From a virus (Duplodnaviria > Caudoviricetes), in IMG/VR virus record IMGVR_UViG_3300048672_001423, positions 1 to 53,951 of that record: DNA of 53,951 bases; one strand, 5' to 3'. A program made the translations under genes and the position numbers. The notes under the pieces are model-generated. The model did no database searches. It saw only the letters and a list, made by a program, of their open reading frames with translations, and was not told where the DNA came from. Position 1 is the stretch's first letter. The number at the start of each line of letters is the position of its first letter. This document shows positions 20,713-30,180 of the stretch, in pieces.

Positions 20713-23700
20713 CTAGGCATTTATAATTTTAGTGTTTTCTCCATCAATAACTAGAACTTTACCTTCTTTTAGTGGAACATACTGTTTTTCTGGTATTCTA
20801 GAAGTGTTTTTACTCACAACACTCATAATATCCTCAATCTTTTCAAGTCTGGTTTCTAGTCTTGAATTGTCATTGATATGCTTCAAATGAAGACTATTGT
20901 ATGTTTTTACGTAACCTTTCCATTCGTTTCCATCACTTGGAACTGAAACACCTGTACCATCTAGTAATTCATGCAAATTATCTGATGTAACTTTCTTTTT
21001 GATGTTGTTTAAGTTCAAAACAAGCCTTTTGTTAGGTATAGATGATGGTCTTCTTATAAATCCTTCTCCATCCTCAGCATTTACATTTATACCGCCATTA
21101 TAATGCCTAGCACCATTCAATATACCACCTTCTTCCGCAGTTAAAGCTTTAGACTGTGCAATAGCTGATGATGCAACGCCTAAAATCGCAGCGATATTTA
21201 GTGCAATTACTACTGGAGCTGCTGGCCCAAATTCTGCTCCTTGTTTTACAACGCTCGAAATAGCTGTAACTAAGTTTGAAATTTGAATGGCAGCATTGGA
21301 AGCTATTTGCAGTTTTTGCAAATCATTCTGTTTTTTTACGGCTCTTTCCTTTAAAGATTCCTGCCTTTTGATGTCTTCCTGTATAGCACTATAATTATTT
21401 GCTAATCCTGCTCTTTTTAACTCGTCTTCTTTTTCTAACCTAGATTGAAGTTTTTGGATATTTTTATCCGCTTCATCTTCTCTCTTTTTCTCTAAACTAA
21501 TCAATGAGTTTATATAGTTAGAATAAACATCGAGTGCTTGAGAAAAAACATCTTTAATTGCATTTACTTGGTTTAAAAAATTCGTGTCCGTTTCATCTAA
21601 TCCAAATATTTTGCTGATTAATCCATCTTTAAATGAAACGCTAATTTTTTGCTTATTTACCGATTCTTGCAAATCATTGCTTGCGTTTTCTAAAGCTTTC
21701 TTCGCATTATCAACCATGAGCAAAAACGTTGGAGAATCCGCTAAATTCGGGTTTATTTTCTTAGAAAAATCAAGAAAATTCAGTTTCTCTGATGCGTTTT
21801 CTACCGATTGCTCCAATCCTGCAATTTCAATTCTGCGATTATAACTAGATTTTGATTCATTTGGCTTTTTGATAACTGAGCTTCTTGAACGTTCAACAGA
21901 ACCAGCCTGTGCATTATTTAAGTCAACTAACTTCATTTCCAATTTTTCTAAAGCATATATTTGAGCTTCTACTCCTGCAATAATTGCCTCATTCATTGGG
22001 TTTAAGCCTGTTTTTCTTAATTTGTCAATCTCATTATGAATAGTATTGTATTTTGAAACAATCGCTCTTTTTTCTCTATCTTGGCTACTTTCAATAAATT
22101 CTGATATTTTATCAAAAGTATCTTTTTGGGTGATTTTAAGATTACTAGAGATGTCTTCTATTGCCTTTTTAGTTAAATTTTGTTCAGACAAAACTCTGGC
22201 ATTGAACATTTCGTTTTCTTCAAAAAAAGCTTTAGAAACTTCCATTTCGGAAGGAACAATGTATCCTTTATCTGGCTTTCCTGCTTTATTTACATAAGCA
22301 AATTCAGTAGATTTAGTTAATAGTTCTTTTGTTAAATTTCTGCGATTAGTTCTTTCCAATTCAATTTCTTTGATTGCTATTTGTTCTTTTAGCTTCAAAT
22401 ATTCGGTTGAATTTTCACTTAAAAAACGCAATCGTTCTTTCATCCCATCAATTTCAATCTTTTTTTCTTGCTCCACTAAGTCTTCTAAAGCCTTTTTTCT
22501 AGTTTCACTCGCTGAGTTTACAACGTCATTCCATTGCTCATTAAATCTGTTTTGTTTATCCAACAATCTCTGTTTTTTAGCATCATCATTTTCGCCTGTT
22601 CCTGTTCTTGCTTGAATCTCATTCTTAATAAGCCCAAGGCGTTCAATGGTTCTTTTATACTCTTTTCCTGCAAAACCTGTGTCTTCCGCAACTCCCAACT
22701 GTTTTGCTGTTTTAATATATATTTCAAGCTCTGTTACGTAGTTTTTAAGAGACTCCGTTTGTAAAGCTGATGGATTAAAAAAAACATTTCCAGAAGGATT
22801 TACACCCTTACCTCTTTGCAAAAGTTCGTTATTTACTGAAACCATTTTATTGACAATACGTTCATATTCTTTTCCTTTTATTGCCGTTTCTTGATTTAAT
22901 GGGTCTTTTCTGTTATTTACAAAATCAGTTCCACGAGAATAAACTTCACCTAATCCATATCCAACTATTGCACCAGCTGGTCCTGCTGCTAAACCTCCAC
23001 CAATTGCACCAACTGTACCATAAAATACGTGTTTATTCTGGTTGAAAAAATTAACTATCCTCTCAGCACCAGTTAGCATTTGGTCAAACATAGATAATAC
23101 TTTAGAGCCACCATCTAATAAAGACCCAAAAGCATTAGTTGCTCCCATTTCCCCAATTTTTCTAATTAAATTATCAAATTGAGTTTTTAAAGAAGATAGC
23201 TTTCCTTCAAGTGTATTTGCGGTTTTAGCTGACAACTCAGAAGCTCCATTCATTTTGTTCATGCCAAGAATGTACTGCTTTATAGCTTCAGTACCCTTAT
23301 CTACTTCAGTTGTAGTTCCTGCAAACGTCAATTTTAACTTTTTACCAGTTGCATCAACACCTACGCCAAGCTCTTCTAAACGCTTGAACTGTCCAACCGT
23401 AGCATCTAATAAAGCATCTACAATTTGATTAAAACTCTGGGCCCCTTTTGTTCCAACAGCTTCCGCAGTATCAGCTAATGACTGTAATTCTTCCTCTGTC
23501 AATAAAATCCTTCTATTTAACAATTTTACTAAACCTTCCTCAAGTTCTGTAATATCAAATAACGACTTTATATCTATCCTTTGTAATGCAGAATAATATT
23601 CATCAACAGCAAGTTTTGAGCCATATAAAGCAGACTTTGCTTTTAATTCAAAAAGCTCATATTGCCTATTTACTTCAAAAAGTGCCTTTGCAAACTGAAT

Positions 23701-24213
23701 TACTGTATTTACAACAAACAATGCAGATAAAAAAGGCAGCAAACGCTGTACAGAATGAAACATGGAATCAATAAACCCAGAACCAGTATTTAGAGAACCT
23801 CCAAATGTAGTCGTTCTATTGTTTGTATTAGCTAAATTTGCATTTAAAGCTGATAATCTGGTATTTAATGAATTAATATTTGATATTAAATTGCTTAATC
23901 CCTGTGCTGAGTTAGCACTTGAATTTGAAATTGAACGCAAATGTTTAGCTGTTTCTTTTAATTCAACATTGAGTAGATTGAGCTTTGGCGTCAATTTTGT
24001 AACACTATTTTCTAAAGATGTAAATTTTAGATTTTTAATCTTTGTAAGCGTTCCATTTATTGATGAAAAATCTTTTTGAATTTTAGTTATACCACTAATT
24101 GAAAAAGAAATTTTAGCTTTCTTTGACAATGCCGTAACAGAAGACGACATACTTTTAACTTTTTTCTCAAAATTTGAAATCTCAGCATCAAATTCTTGCG
24201 TTATCTTTTGCAT
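20713..24213 (-). CDS. tail tape measure protein
   Basis: 1166 aa helical/coiled-coil, DATVGQFKRLEELG and TLEGKLSSLK motifs, Gly/Ala hydrophobic stretches, GG..H..GG C-terminal motif. Confidence 0.85.
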   Translation of the reverse strand: MQKITQEFDAEISNFEKKVKSMSSSVTALSKKAKISFSISGITKIQKDFSSINGTLTKIKNLKFTSLENSVTKLTPKLNLLNVELKETAKHLRSISNSSANSAQGLSNLISNINSLNTRLSALNANLANTNNRTTTFGGSLNTGSGFIDSMFHSVQRLLPFLSALFVVNTVIQFAKALFEVNRQYELFELKAKSALYGSKLAVDEYYSALQRIDIKSLFDITELEEGLVKLLNRRILLTEEELQSLADTAEAVGTKGAQSFNQIVDALLDATVGQFKRLEELGVGVDATGKKLKLTFAGTTTEVDKGTEAIKQYILGMNKMNGASELSAKTANTLEGKLSSLKTQFDNLIRKIGEMGATNAFGSLLDGGSKVLSMFDQMLTGAERIVNFFNQNKHVFYGTVGAIGGGLAAGPAGAIVGYGLGEVYSRGTDFVNNRKDPLNQETAIKGKEYERIVNKMVSVNNELLQRGKGVNPSGNVFFNPSALQTESLKNYVTELEIYIKTAKQLGVAEDTGFAGKEYKRTIERLGLIKNEIQARTGTGENDDAKKQRLLDKQNRFNEQWNDVVNSASETRKKALEDLVEQEKKIEIDGMKERLRFLSENSTEYLKLKEQIAIKEIELERTNRRNLTKELLTKSTEFAYVNKAGKPDKGYIVPSEMEVSKAFFEENEMFNARVLSEQNLTKKAIEDISSNLKITQKDTFDKISEFIESSQDREKRAIVSKYNTIHNEIDKLRKTGLNPMNEAIIAGVEAQIYALEKLEMKLVDLNNAQAGSVERSRSSVIKKPNESKSSYNRRIEIAGLEQSVENASEKLNFLDFSKKINPNLADSPTFLLMVDNAKKALENASNDLQESVNKQKISVSFKDGLISKIFGLDETDTNFLNQVNAIKDVFSQALDVYSNYINSLISLEKKREDEADKNIQKLQSRLEKEDELKRAGLANNYSAIQEDIKRQESLKERAVKKQNDLQKLQIASNAAIQISNLVTAISSVVKQGAEFGPAAPVVIALNIAAILGVASSAIAQSKALTAEEGGILNGARHYNGGINVNAEDGEGFIRRPSSIPNKRLVLNLNNIKKKVTSDNLHELLDGTGVSVPSDGNEWKGYVKTYNSLHLKHINDNSRLETRLEKIEDIMSVVSKNTSRIPEKQYVPLKEGKVLVIDGENTKIINA

Positions 24214-24520
24214 TTTCTTTCGGTAAATTAGCTTTCCAAATGGAATATTGATAATAAAAATCCACTATATTCATTGATTTTAAGGCTGTCATTGCTTGAA
24301 AATCCTGTTTTGACATACAAGCTAAAATATTATTCCAATATTCGTCAACCTCGTTTATTAACTGTTCTCTAAGTTTAACAGGGTTATCAATAGCTCTTCC
24401 TCTTCCTGTTCTACTTCTAAATAATTGGCTATGGTGTTCTTGTAATCTATCAAAAAGTTTTTTATGTGTGGAAGACAAGTTCTCAAAAAAAAAGTGGCAT
24501 CTATTTCTTCGATGTTCCAA
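24188..24520 (-). CDS. -1 frame extension of tail assembly chaperone (GT-like)
   Basis: Overlaps 24358..24885 in the -1 frame, abuts the tape measure gene, and slippery heptamers lie in the overlap. Confidence 0.5.
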   Translation of the reverse strand: MEHRRNRCHFFFENLSSTHKKLFDRLQEHHSQLFRSRTGRGRAIDNPVKLREQLINEVDEYWNNILACMSKQDFQAMTALKSMNIVDFYYQYSIWKANLPKENAKDNARI

Positions 24521-24885
24521 TCTGATATTTTTTCTTCTGCCATAGCCTCATCCCACTCACTCAAAACCTCTCCTTCTCTATTCCAAAACAAAGTTGACAT
24601 ATAAAATGCAACTGGTATTCTTTTATTTAAGTCATTCAATCCACTTAAAACATTTCTCAGTCTATAATGCAAATCCATTCCATCTTTTGGGTCACGCATT
24701 AACTTTGGAATGTTTTCGTAACAATCTAAAATTACATTATAAATATCAACCAGGTTCATACTCATTTCTAGTTGACGTTTGTATCTTTCAAACTGCCAAA
24801 ATCTGTAAACTGTAAGTGTTTCAGTAAAAATGTATTTATTGCCATTGGCTGTAAATACTTTCGTGTTTTCATCTAATTTTTTCAT
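24358..24885 (-). CDS. tail assembly chaperone (G-like)
   Basis: Acidic helical protein just upstream of the tape measure gene. Confidence 0.55.
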   Translation of the reverse strand: MKKLDENTKVFTANGNKYIFTETLTVYRFWQFERYKRQLEMSMNLVDIYNVILDCYENIPKLMRDPKDGMDLHYRLRNVLSGLNDLNKRIPVAFYMSTLFWNREGEVLSEWDEAMAEEKISDWNIEEIDATFFLRTCLPHIKNFLIDYKNTIANYLEVEQEEEELLITLLNLENS

Positions 24886-25121
24886 AATGATAATAGCTCT
24901 CCGTTTTTAATTTTACCACATGGACACATTTTGCTTTTTTTATTGCATGCTTGAAATTGGCAAACATGAAATCTGCAATCTTTTAGCTTAATATATCCAT
25001 GAACAAATAAAGATAGTTTTTTCACGCAAAATGATTTGCTTCTGAATATTGTTAAATAAACCGCAAAAACTAATCTTAAAAAGAACGAAGAGTAAAAAAG
25101 GAATTTTTTGATTAGAGACAT
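24882..25121 (-). CDS. small hypothetical protein
   Basis: ORF in late operon, Cys-rich C-terminus. Confidence 0.45.
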   Translation of the reverse strand: MSLIKKFLFYSSFFLRLVFAVYLTIFRSKSFCVKKLSLFVHGYIKLKDCRFHVCQFQACNKKSKMCPCGKIKNGELLSL

Positions 25122-25142
25122 AATTATAAGTGTTAAAAGTGA

Positions 25143-25484
25143 TTAATCTAATTTTCTGGTAATGTACATTGATAAAATAACTGTTAGAATTAAATGAGAA
25201 AAGTATTCTATTGGGTCATTTTCATAAACGAAAAAATCACAAAAAAACATCATTGAAAGCCATCCAGATAAACATTCTGTACATACTAGCAATGGTTTTG
25301 TGATAAATGAATACTTTACCCTGTTTTCTTGGCTTTTAAATGAAAATTCAAACAAGAAAACTATTAATTTTCTGAGGAAATATAAAACATCTCCTTTGTT
25401 AGAATACCGATGTAAACTTGATGCAACAAGAAAACTAATTGATGCAATTATCAGTATTGTTAAGTAATTGTGGTAAGCAGTCAT
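25143..25484 (-). CDS. membrane protein with CxxC (DUF1360-like)
   Basis: KPLLVCTECLSGW motif between TM segments. Confidence 0.5.
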   Translation of the reverse strand: MTAYHNYLTILIIASISFLVASSLHRYSNKGDVLYFLRKLIVFLFEFSFKSQENRVKYSFITKPLLVCTECLSGWLSMMFFCDFFVYENDPIEYFSHLILTVILSMYITRKLD

Positions 25485-26061
25485 AATTTATTGAAAAATG
25501 TATGTTTAATGAAATTGAAAAAAAACCGTAAGGATTTAGCAGCAAATTGTATTTGTCAATTAGAACTGTGTATTTATTAAAAATTGACATTGAGTCTTCT
25601 ACTGAAATCATTCTGGTAGATTCAATACGGATGAAATTAAAGATGCTATCTAAAACAGAGACTTTCTTATTTAGATTCTTTAAAACAGTTGCCGAAAGAA
25701 CTGTATTTATATCGGCCTTACTATTTGAAAAATAGCTTGAATTGTACCAACAAATGAAATTCAAGTTACATTCATACAAATTGTCTGATTTGTTAATCAA
25801 AACACATGGACTTGATTCTTCAAAGTAACCTATCGCTCTAACATTTTTTTCTGATGGAATCAATGAAAGTGACTGATTGAACCTGCAATTTTGAGTATTA
25901 TCATCATTGTAAGGAACAGGTATCGAATCAAGTACATTTGATTTTCCACTAAAATATGATGTATGGACAATTTTACTCATTCCACATAAATGAGTAAAAT
26001 ATTGGTTCTGCTTCATCGGCAGAAGGTTTTTCTTGATTTGCTCTGCTAATTGAACTATCAT
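25435..26061 (-). CDS. putative tail terminator/completion protein
   Basis: Position in the head-tail joining region. Confidence 0.4.
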   Translation of the reverse strand: MIVQLAEQIKKNLLPMKQNQYFTHLCGMSKIVHTSYFSGKSNVLDSIPVPYNDDNTQNCRFNQSLSLIPSEKNVRAIGYFEESSPCVLINKSDNLYECNLNFICWYNSSYFSNSKADINTVLSATVLKNLNKKVSVLDSIFNFIRIESTRMISVEDSMSIFNKYTVLIDKYNLLLNPYGFFSISLNIHFSINYDCLPQLLNNTDNCIN

Positions 26062-26618
26062 AATGATTTTATAATTGAATTTCTAAAATCTGGTTTTAAA
26101 ATCAAATCTTGAAATTTGTTGTAAATTCTTGGGGGAACATTGTAAAACTCACCGTATCTATCTTCTAATTTAGACATCAATCCTTTATCTCCAAAGTAAA
26201 CAATATAAACTTTAAAATGAGAACTCATTATCAAATACGACTCCCAATGTTCACCTGTATATTTCAAGTTCACAAATCTATTTTTTAATCCTTGAGCAAG
26301 CCTAAAATCGCCCCATGACTGCATAGGAATAAATTTTACTGCATATGCACCACCGGCATTTAAAATATGCTTACGTCTAATCCATGATGGAAGTTTTTTG
26401 CTTGAATAATCAACTTTTACGCCATCAATACCATCCATATTTATTCCAAGTCGAATAGATTCTTCTCGGTGTTCGTCAAATGATTTGCTAGTAAACTTGA
26501 ACATTGAGTCATTTGTATCCGCTTTTACTTTTTTAACCATTGACTTCATGAATTTTTCGTAATCAGTAGTCTTTATCATCTTACGGCAATAGGTGATTTT
26601 GAAGACTTGCAAAAACAA
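26058..26618 (-). CDS. putative neck/morphogenesis protein
   Basis: Position; VNLKYTGxxW motif resembles phage virion morphogenesis proteins. Confidence 0.45.
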   Translation of the reverse strand: MFLQVFKITYCRKMIKTTDYEKFMKSMVKKVKADTNDSMFKFTSKSFDEHREESIRLGINMDGIDGVKVDYSSKKLPSWIRRKHILNAGGAYAVKFIPMQSWGDFRLAQGLKNRFVNLKYTGEHWESYLIMSSHFKVYIVYFGDKGLMSKLEDRYGEFYNVPPRIYNKFQDLILKPDFRNSIIKSL

Positions 26619-27616
26619 CTTTTATTGATTGTTGGCAAGTCTGCTTTCAAAAATCTGTTAATGTTACTGTAATATTCTTTTTCATAAGTAACAATCGTTT
26701 CCTCAATATCATTTCTTGCAATCAAATTAAACTGAGAACTAGAGATTTTAGCTGATTGTAGAGACAATAAAGCGGTTTTGTATGCAATTATCTTGCCGAG
26801 TAAAAACGAAAGCTCTGGTGCTTCTGAAATGATTAAACACAACAGTTTTTCAATGTCACAAAATCCCTTTGTTTCCAATAAAAATCCATTTGCTCTGTTT
26901 TTGTTGATGTTACGAAAATCGCAATCTAAGAACTTTGTAAACGGTGGCAAATCGTCGTTACATTTACTGCAAGTATGATAAATTAAATTATCAAGAACAC
27001 TAAATCCACTCAATGGAAATGAAAACTCATAGGTGGAGCCGTCACAATTTAAGATAATTGGGTCAAAAACATCATTTGTCTTAATTGTGAAAAGGTGCGG
27101 TGTTGAGTTAGTTGTATTTAAAATAACTGTTCTAACAGTTGATTCAATACCACTAATATCAGTCTTTTTGACTGTAACAGTAACAGTTCTTGATGAATTA
27201 ATCAATAATCCGATTTTATGAATCATTAATTGAAACCCAGCAATGTTTTTTGTTTTGAAGATTAATTTTGGTGCGGTATTGCTATAATCTGCTGAACTAA
27301 AAGTATTCCTACCAATCAAAATATCAAAAGCATTAAATTGCTTGTCATATTTCTCGGTAATTCTCAATGAAATTTCATTACCAACTGAATTAATTGCATC
27401 AATTCTTTTTGATGCTATACCTTCCCAAGCATTAGCATTTGTTTCGTTGCAATTATTGTATTTTAATTCAATTAATGGATTCAAAAGTTCATCTATGAAA
27501 ATAGATTTTGAAGACTGTTTGTATGATGGGTCAATAGTTCCCAAACACTCACAATCAGAGTTTGTTATGCCCACAAGACCTTCAAGGCATGAGAAAGTTG
27601 GATTAATAGTTGACAT
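26576..27616 (-). CDS. putative head-tail adaptor/structural protein
   Basis: First gene after the capsid; Cys-rich termini. Confidence 0.5.
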   Translation of the reverse strand: MSTINPTFSCLEGLVGITNSDCECLGTIDPSYKQSSKSIFIDELLNPLIELKYNNCNETNANAWEGIASKRIDAINSVGNEISLRITEKYDKQFNAFDILIGRNTFSSADYSNTAPKLIFKTKNIAGFQLMIHKIGLLINSSRTVTVTVKKTDISGIESTVRTVILNTTNSTPHLFTIKTNDVFDPIILNCDGSTYEFSFPLSGFSVLDNLIYHTCSKCNDDLPPFTKFLDCDFRNINKNRANGFLLETKGFCDIEKLLCLIISEAPELSFLLGKIIAYKTALLSLQSAKISSSQFNLIARNDIEETIVTYEKEYYSNINRFLKADLPTINKSCFCKSSKSPIAVR

Positions 27617-27653
27617 AAAAAAATTGGAGCTTAAATGAAATAAGCCCCAATTT
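27617..27653 (-). terminator. intrinsic terminator after capsid gene
   Basis: Minus strand AAATTGGGGCTTA...TAAGCTCCAATTT followed by a T-run. Confidence 0.65.
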
Positions 27654-27678
27654 ATATATAAAACGCAACACTTACAAA

Positions 27679-28806
27679 TTACGAATAAGTAGGGAAGTAC
27701 GGATTCGTCAACTTAGTGACTGTACCATCAACTAGATATTTCAATACTCCAGTTCTTCCATCTCCACTCAATGGGTTTTGATATGCTTCGGCCCAAACTC
27801 TAAAGTGCCAATTATGCCACAAATTACAAGTTTTATCATCTGGGTTTGCACCTTCTGTCTCTTTGTAAGAAACATCACACATGATTGGATTACCATATCT
27901 GTCATTGATTCCCAAAGGTTCAGTGTACAACAAACGATTGATTCCGTTGTTTGCATTTCTCTGAGTAGGTGTGTCTGGGTGACTGTTATGGAAAGCGGTA
28001 GCAATAACACCTTTTTGAATCAAAAAGAAGTTGCTAGACAATGAATTTGTAATAAAATCCAATGGTGCAGATTCGTAAGCACCTAGATAACTGCTCAACA
28101 TTTTTTGATGTTCGTCTTTTGACAAACTTCCATCCAAAATATTTGCAGTATTTAAGAATTTTGCAAAAGCTTGGCCGTCAAGGACTTTTAAATCACCATA
28201 ACGATTGATAACTTTTACGAAATTCATGTAAGCCGAAAAATCAACATGATTGATATTGCCAGGGTTTACCTTAGACAATAATCCAGCATTTGCAGTAGTT
28301 GCAATATTGATATTATCTGATGCTGTGTATTTTTGTACACCGGCATAGCTATTCAATTTCGCAGCATAGTACGCATTAATTGCATTGATGATTGATTTTT
28401 TGGCTTCTGCGTGTCTTTCGGCAATTTTCTCAGCCTTTTCAAACAAGTTCGGGCAATTATCATCAGCAACTTTTACCTCAGCTTCAAAGTGTTGTAAACC
28501 TTCAAAGTTTTGAGATGTAGCTTCTCCTTCTTCTCCTTCAAAGTCACAAACAGGGTCGAATAAGTTTGTAGTTTGTGAGCGAGTAGCAGAAACAGGTGTT
28601 TCTTTCATCCAAGTAACTTTGAAACCCAAGCACTTGTTGCGAGCATCATTCCACATTCTTTCTACTGTTGAGTTATCACGCTCAATCAAAGTATCAATGA
28701 ATGCTCTTTGAGCTGGTTCTCTTTGCAAAGCTAAAGAACCTTTCATAATTTTTTCTAGTCTATATTTCCATTGAGGAAATGTACCAGCAGAAAAATCTCC
28801 TTGCAT
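27679..28806 (-). CDS. major capsid protein (putative)
   Basis: 375 aa, follows portal and scaffold, followed by a terminator. Confidence 0.7.
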   Translation of the reverse strand: MQGDFSAGTFPQWKYRLEKIMKGSLALQREPAQRAFIDTLIERDNSTVERMWNDARNKCLGFKVTWMKETPVSATRSQTTNLFDPVCDFEGEEGEATSQNFEGLQHFEAEVKVADDNCPNLFEKAEKIAERHAEAKKSIINAINAYYAAKLNSYAGVQKYTASDNINIATTANAGLLSKVNPGNINHVDFSAYMNFVKVINRYGDLKVLDGQAFAKFLNTANILDGSLSKDEHQKMLSSYLGAYESAPLDFITNSLSSNFFLIQKGVIATAFHNSHPDTPTQRNANNGINRLLYTEPLGINDRYGNPIMCDVSYKETEGANPDDKTCNLWHNWHFRVWAEAYQNPLSGDGRTGVLKYLVDGTVTKLTNPYFPTYS

Positions 28807-28844
28807 AATTAGGTATTATTTTTTATTGTGAAAAAATGAAAACG

Positions 28845-29588
28845 CTAAATCTTTTTGTTCGTCCGTAAAATCATTATTATAGCATTTAATTCTTCATTTG
28901 TTTTTGGTGTCAAGGATGTTTGCGGTGACTTTTGCTTTTTTTCGTTCGGTGGCGAATCGTTATCGTCATTATCGTCAGAACTTTTTTCATCATAGAAAGT
29001 AAGTGCATACTTTTTGACAATATCATCATACACTAATGGCTGATGATTTTCGTCTTCTAGTGCTTTGCCATCAATATAAAAAATTCCTTTTTTCTCAGTA
29101 ATTTTTGATAATTCATTAACCAACAAATCAAGTCTTTTATTCGCAGCATCTTCATTTTTGGGTATTTTGAAGTTTTCCAAAAGTGTAGATTTTACTTTAT
29201 CAGAAATTTTTCTGATATTTTCTTTTCTAGCACTATCAGTTTTTTCCTGCTCAAGAGCTTGTTTTGTTTTTTCAAAATCACCTAATAACTGAGAATATAA
29301 CTTGTGACTTCTCACCATTTCCTCAGTAACTTCTGATGTATCAACTTTATGGCTTTCTACGGCCTTAGATATTGCATCAGAATCATCGCCTTCATTTGTC
29401 TTAATCCCAATAGACAACAAAGAAGTTCTAATTGCTTTAAAAGCTTGACCTTGACCGCTGCGGTGTGCATTATCGGTTAAGTCTTTTTGTTTCTTGTTCC
29501 AAGCAGAGTTTAAAGAGTCGACAGTAGCCGTTTCAATCTCATCCTCTTTCAGTCCAAGTAATTTTGCTAAAAATTTGAGGGCATCCAT
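28845..29588 (-). CDS. capsid scaffolding protein (putative)
   Basis: Charged coiled coil with a low-complexity C-terminal linker, directly upstream of the capsid gene. Confidence 0.65.
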   Translation of the reverse strand: MDALKFLAKLLGLKEDEIETATVDSLNSAWNKKQKDLTDNAHRSGQGQAFKAIRTSLLSIGIKTNEGDDSDAISKAVESHKVDTSEVTEEMVRSHKLYSQLLGDFEKTKQALEQEKTDSARKENIRKISDKVKSTLLENFKIPKNEDAANKRLDLLVNELSKITEKKGIFYIDGKALEDENHQPLVYDDIVKKYALTFYDEKSSDDNDDNDSPPNEKKQKSPQTSLTPKTNEELNAIIMILRTNKKI

Positions 29589-29594
29589 ATATTT

Positions 29595-29635
29595 TTTAAG
29601 GAATTTAAACCAATTGTTTAAGGAATTTAAACCAA
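29595..29635. repeat. 19-bp perfect direct repeat x2
   Basis: TTTAAGGAATTTAAACCAA at 29595-29613 and 29617-29635. Confidence 0.9.
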
Positions 29636-29652
29636 CTTGATTATAAAAAAAT

Positions 29653-29832
29653 TTATTGAACTCTTTCTAAATGGTCAAGAGGGTATCTCTCTCTGACGAA
29701 TTTATCGTAATGCTTTTGAGACATTTCGACAGGTTGATTTGTTGCAGTATTTAAGAACTTCAACATTGGTGGGGTTTCTAAAACACCTACCGATGGAACT
29801 GCATCTTTGTTTTGATTTGTACTTGCTGCCAT
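29653..29832 (-). CDS. 59-aa hypothetical protein (absent from the ORF track)
   Basis: MAASTNQNKDAVPSVGVLETPPMLKFLNTATNQPVEMSQKHYDKFVRERYPLDHLERVQ, translated by hand. Confidence 0.6.
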   Translation of the reverse strand: MAASTNQNKDAVPSVGVLETPPMLKFLNTATNQPVEMSQKHYDKFVRERYPLDHLERVQ

Positions 29833-29889
29833 TTTAAATTAATGTTAAATGGTTGATTGCTATTTTAAAAAAATAATAAAGATTGAGTT

Positions 29890-30180
29890 TTACTTCTTCT
29901 CTCCTGTGTCTTCTGTAACTGGTTCAGCTTTTTTTTCCAATGCTGCTTTCATAGCTTCAATAACTTGAAGAGTTTTTTCTTCTTCAATAGACCAAACGCC
30001 ATCAATTAAGCCATCTTTCGATAAACTTAAATTTGAAATTGTTTTTTCATTGAAAACATTGAAAACCTTTTCTCCATTTGAAACTTTTGAAACAACTTTA
30101 TCCAGAGGGCCAGTTAATTTAAAATCACTAGGATTGAAGTCTTCATCTGGTAAAGCTTCAGAGTTTTGTTTCTTTGCCAT
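29890..30180 (-). CDS. hypothetical protein
   Basis: ORF overlapping the portal end. Confidence 0.6.
   Translation of the reverse strand: MAKKQNSEALPDEDFNPSDFKLTGPLDKVVSKVSNGEKVFNVFNEKTISNLSLSKDGLIDGVWSIEEEKTLQVIEAMKAALEKKAEPVTEDTGEKK

Noticed and set aside
28935-28942. A AAA AAG slippery site in the scaffold gene
   Set aside because: The -1 frame hits TGA about 14 codons later, so it cannot produce the alternative C-terminus.
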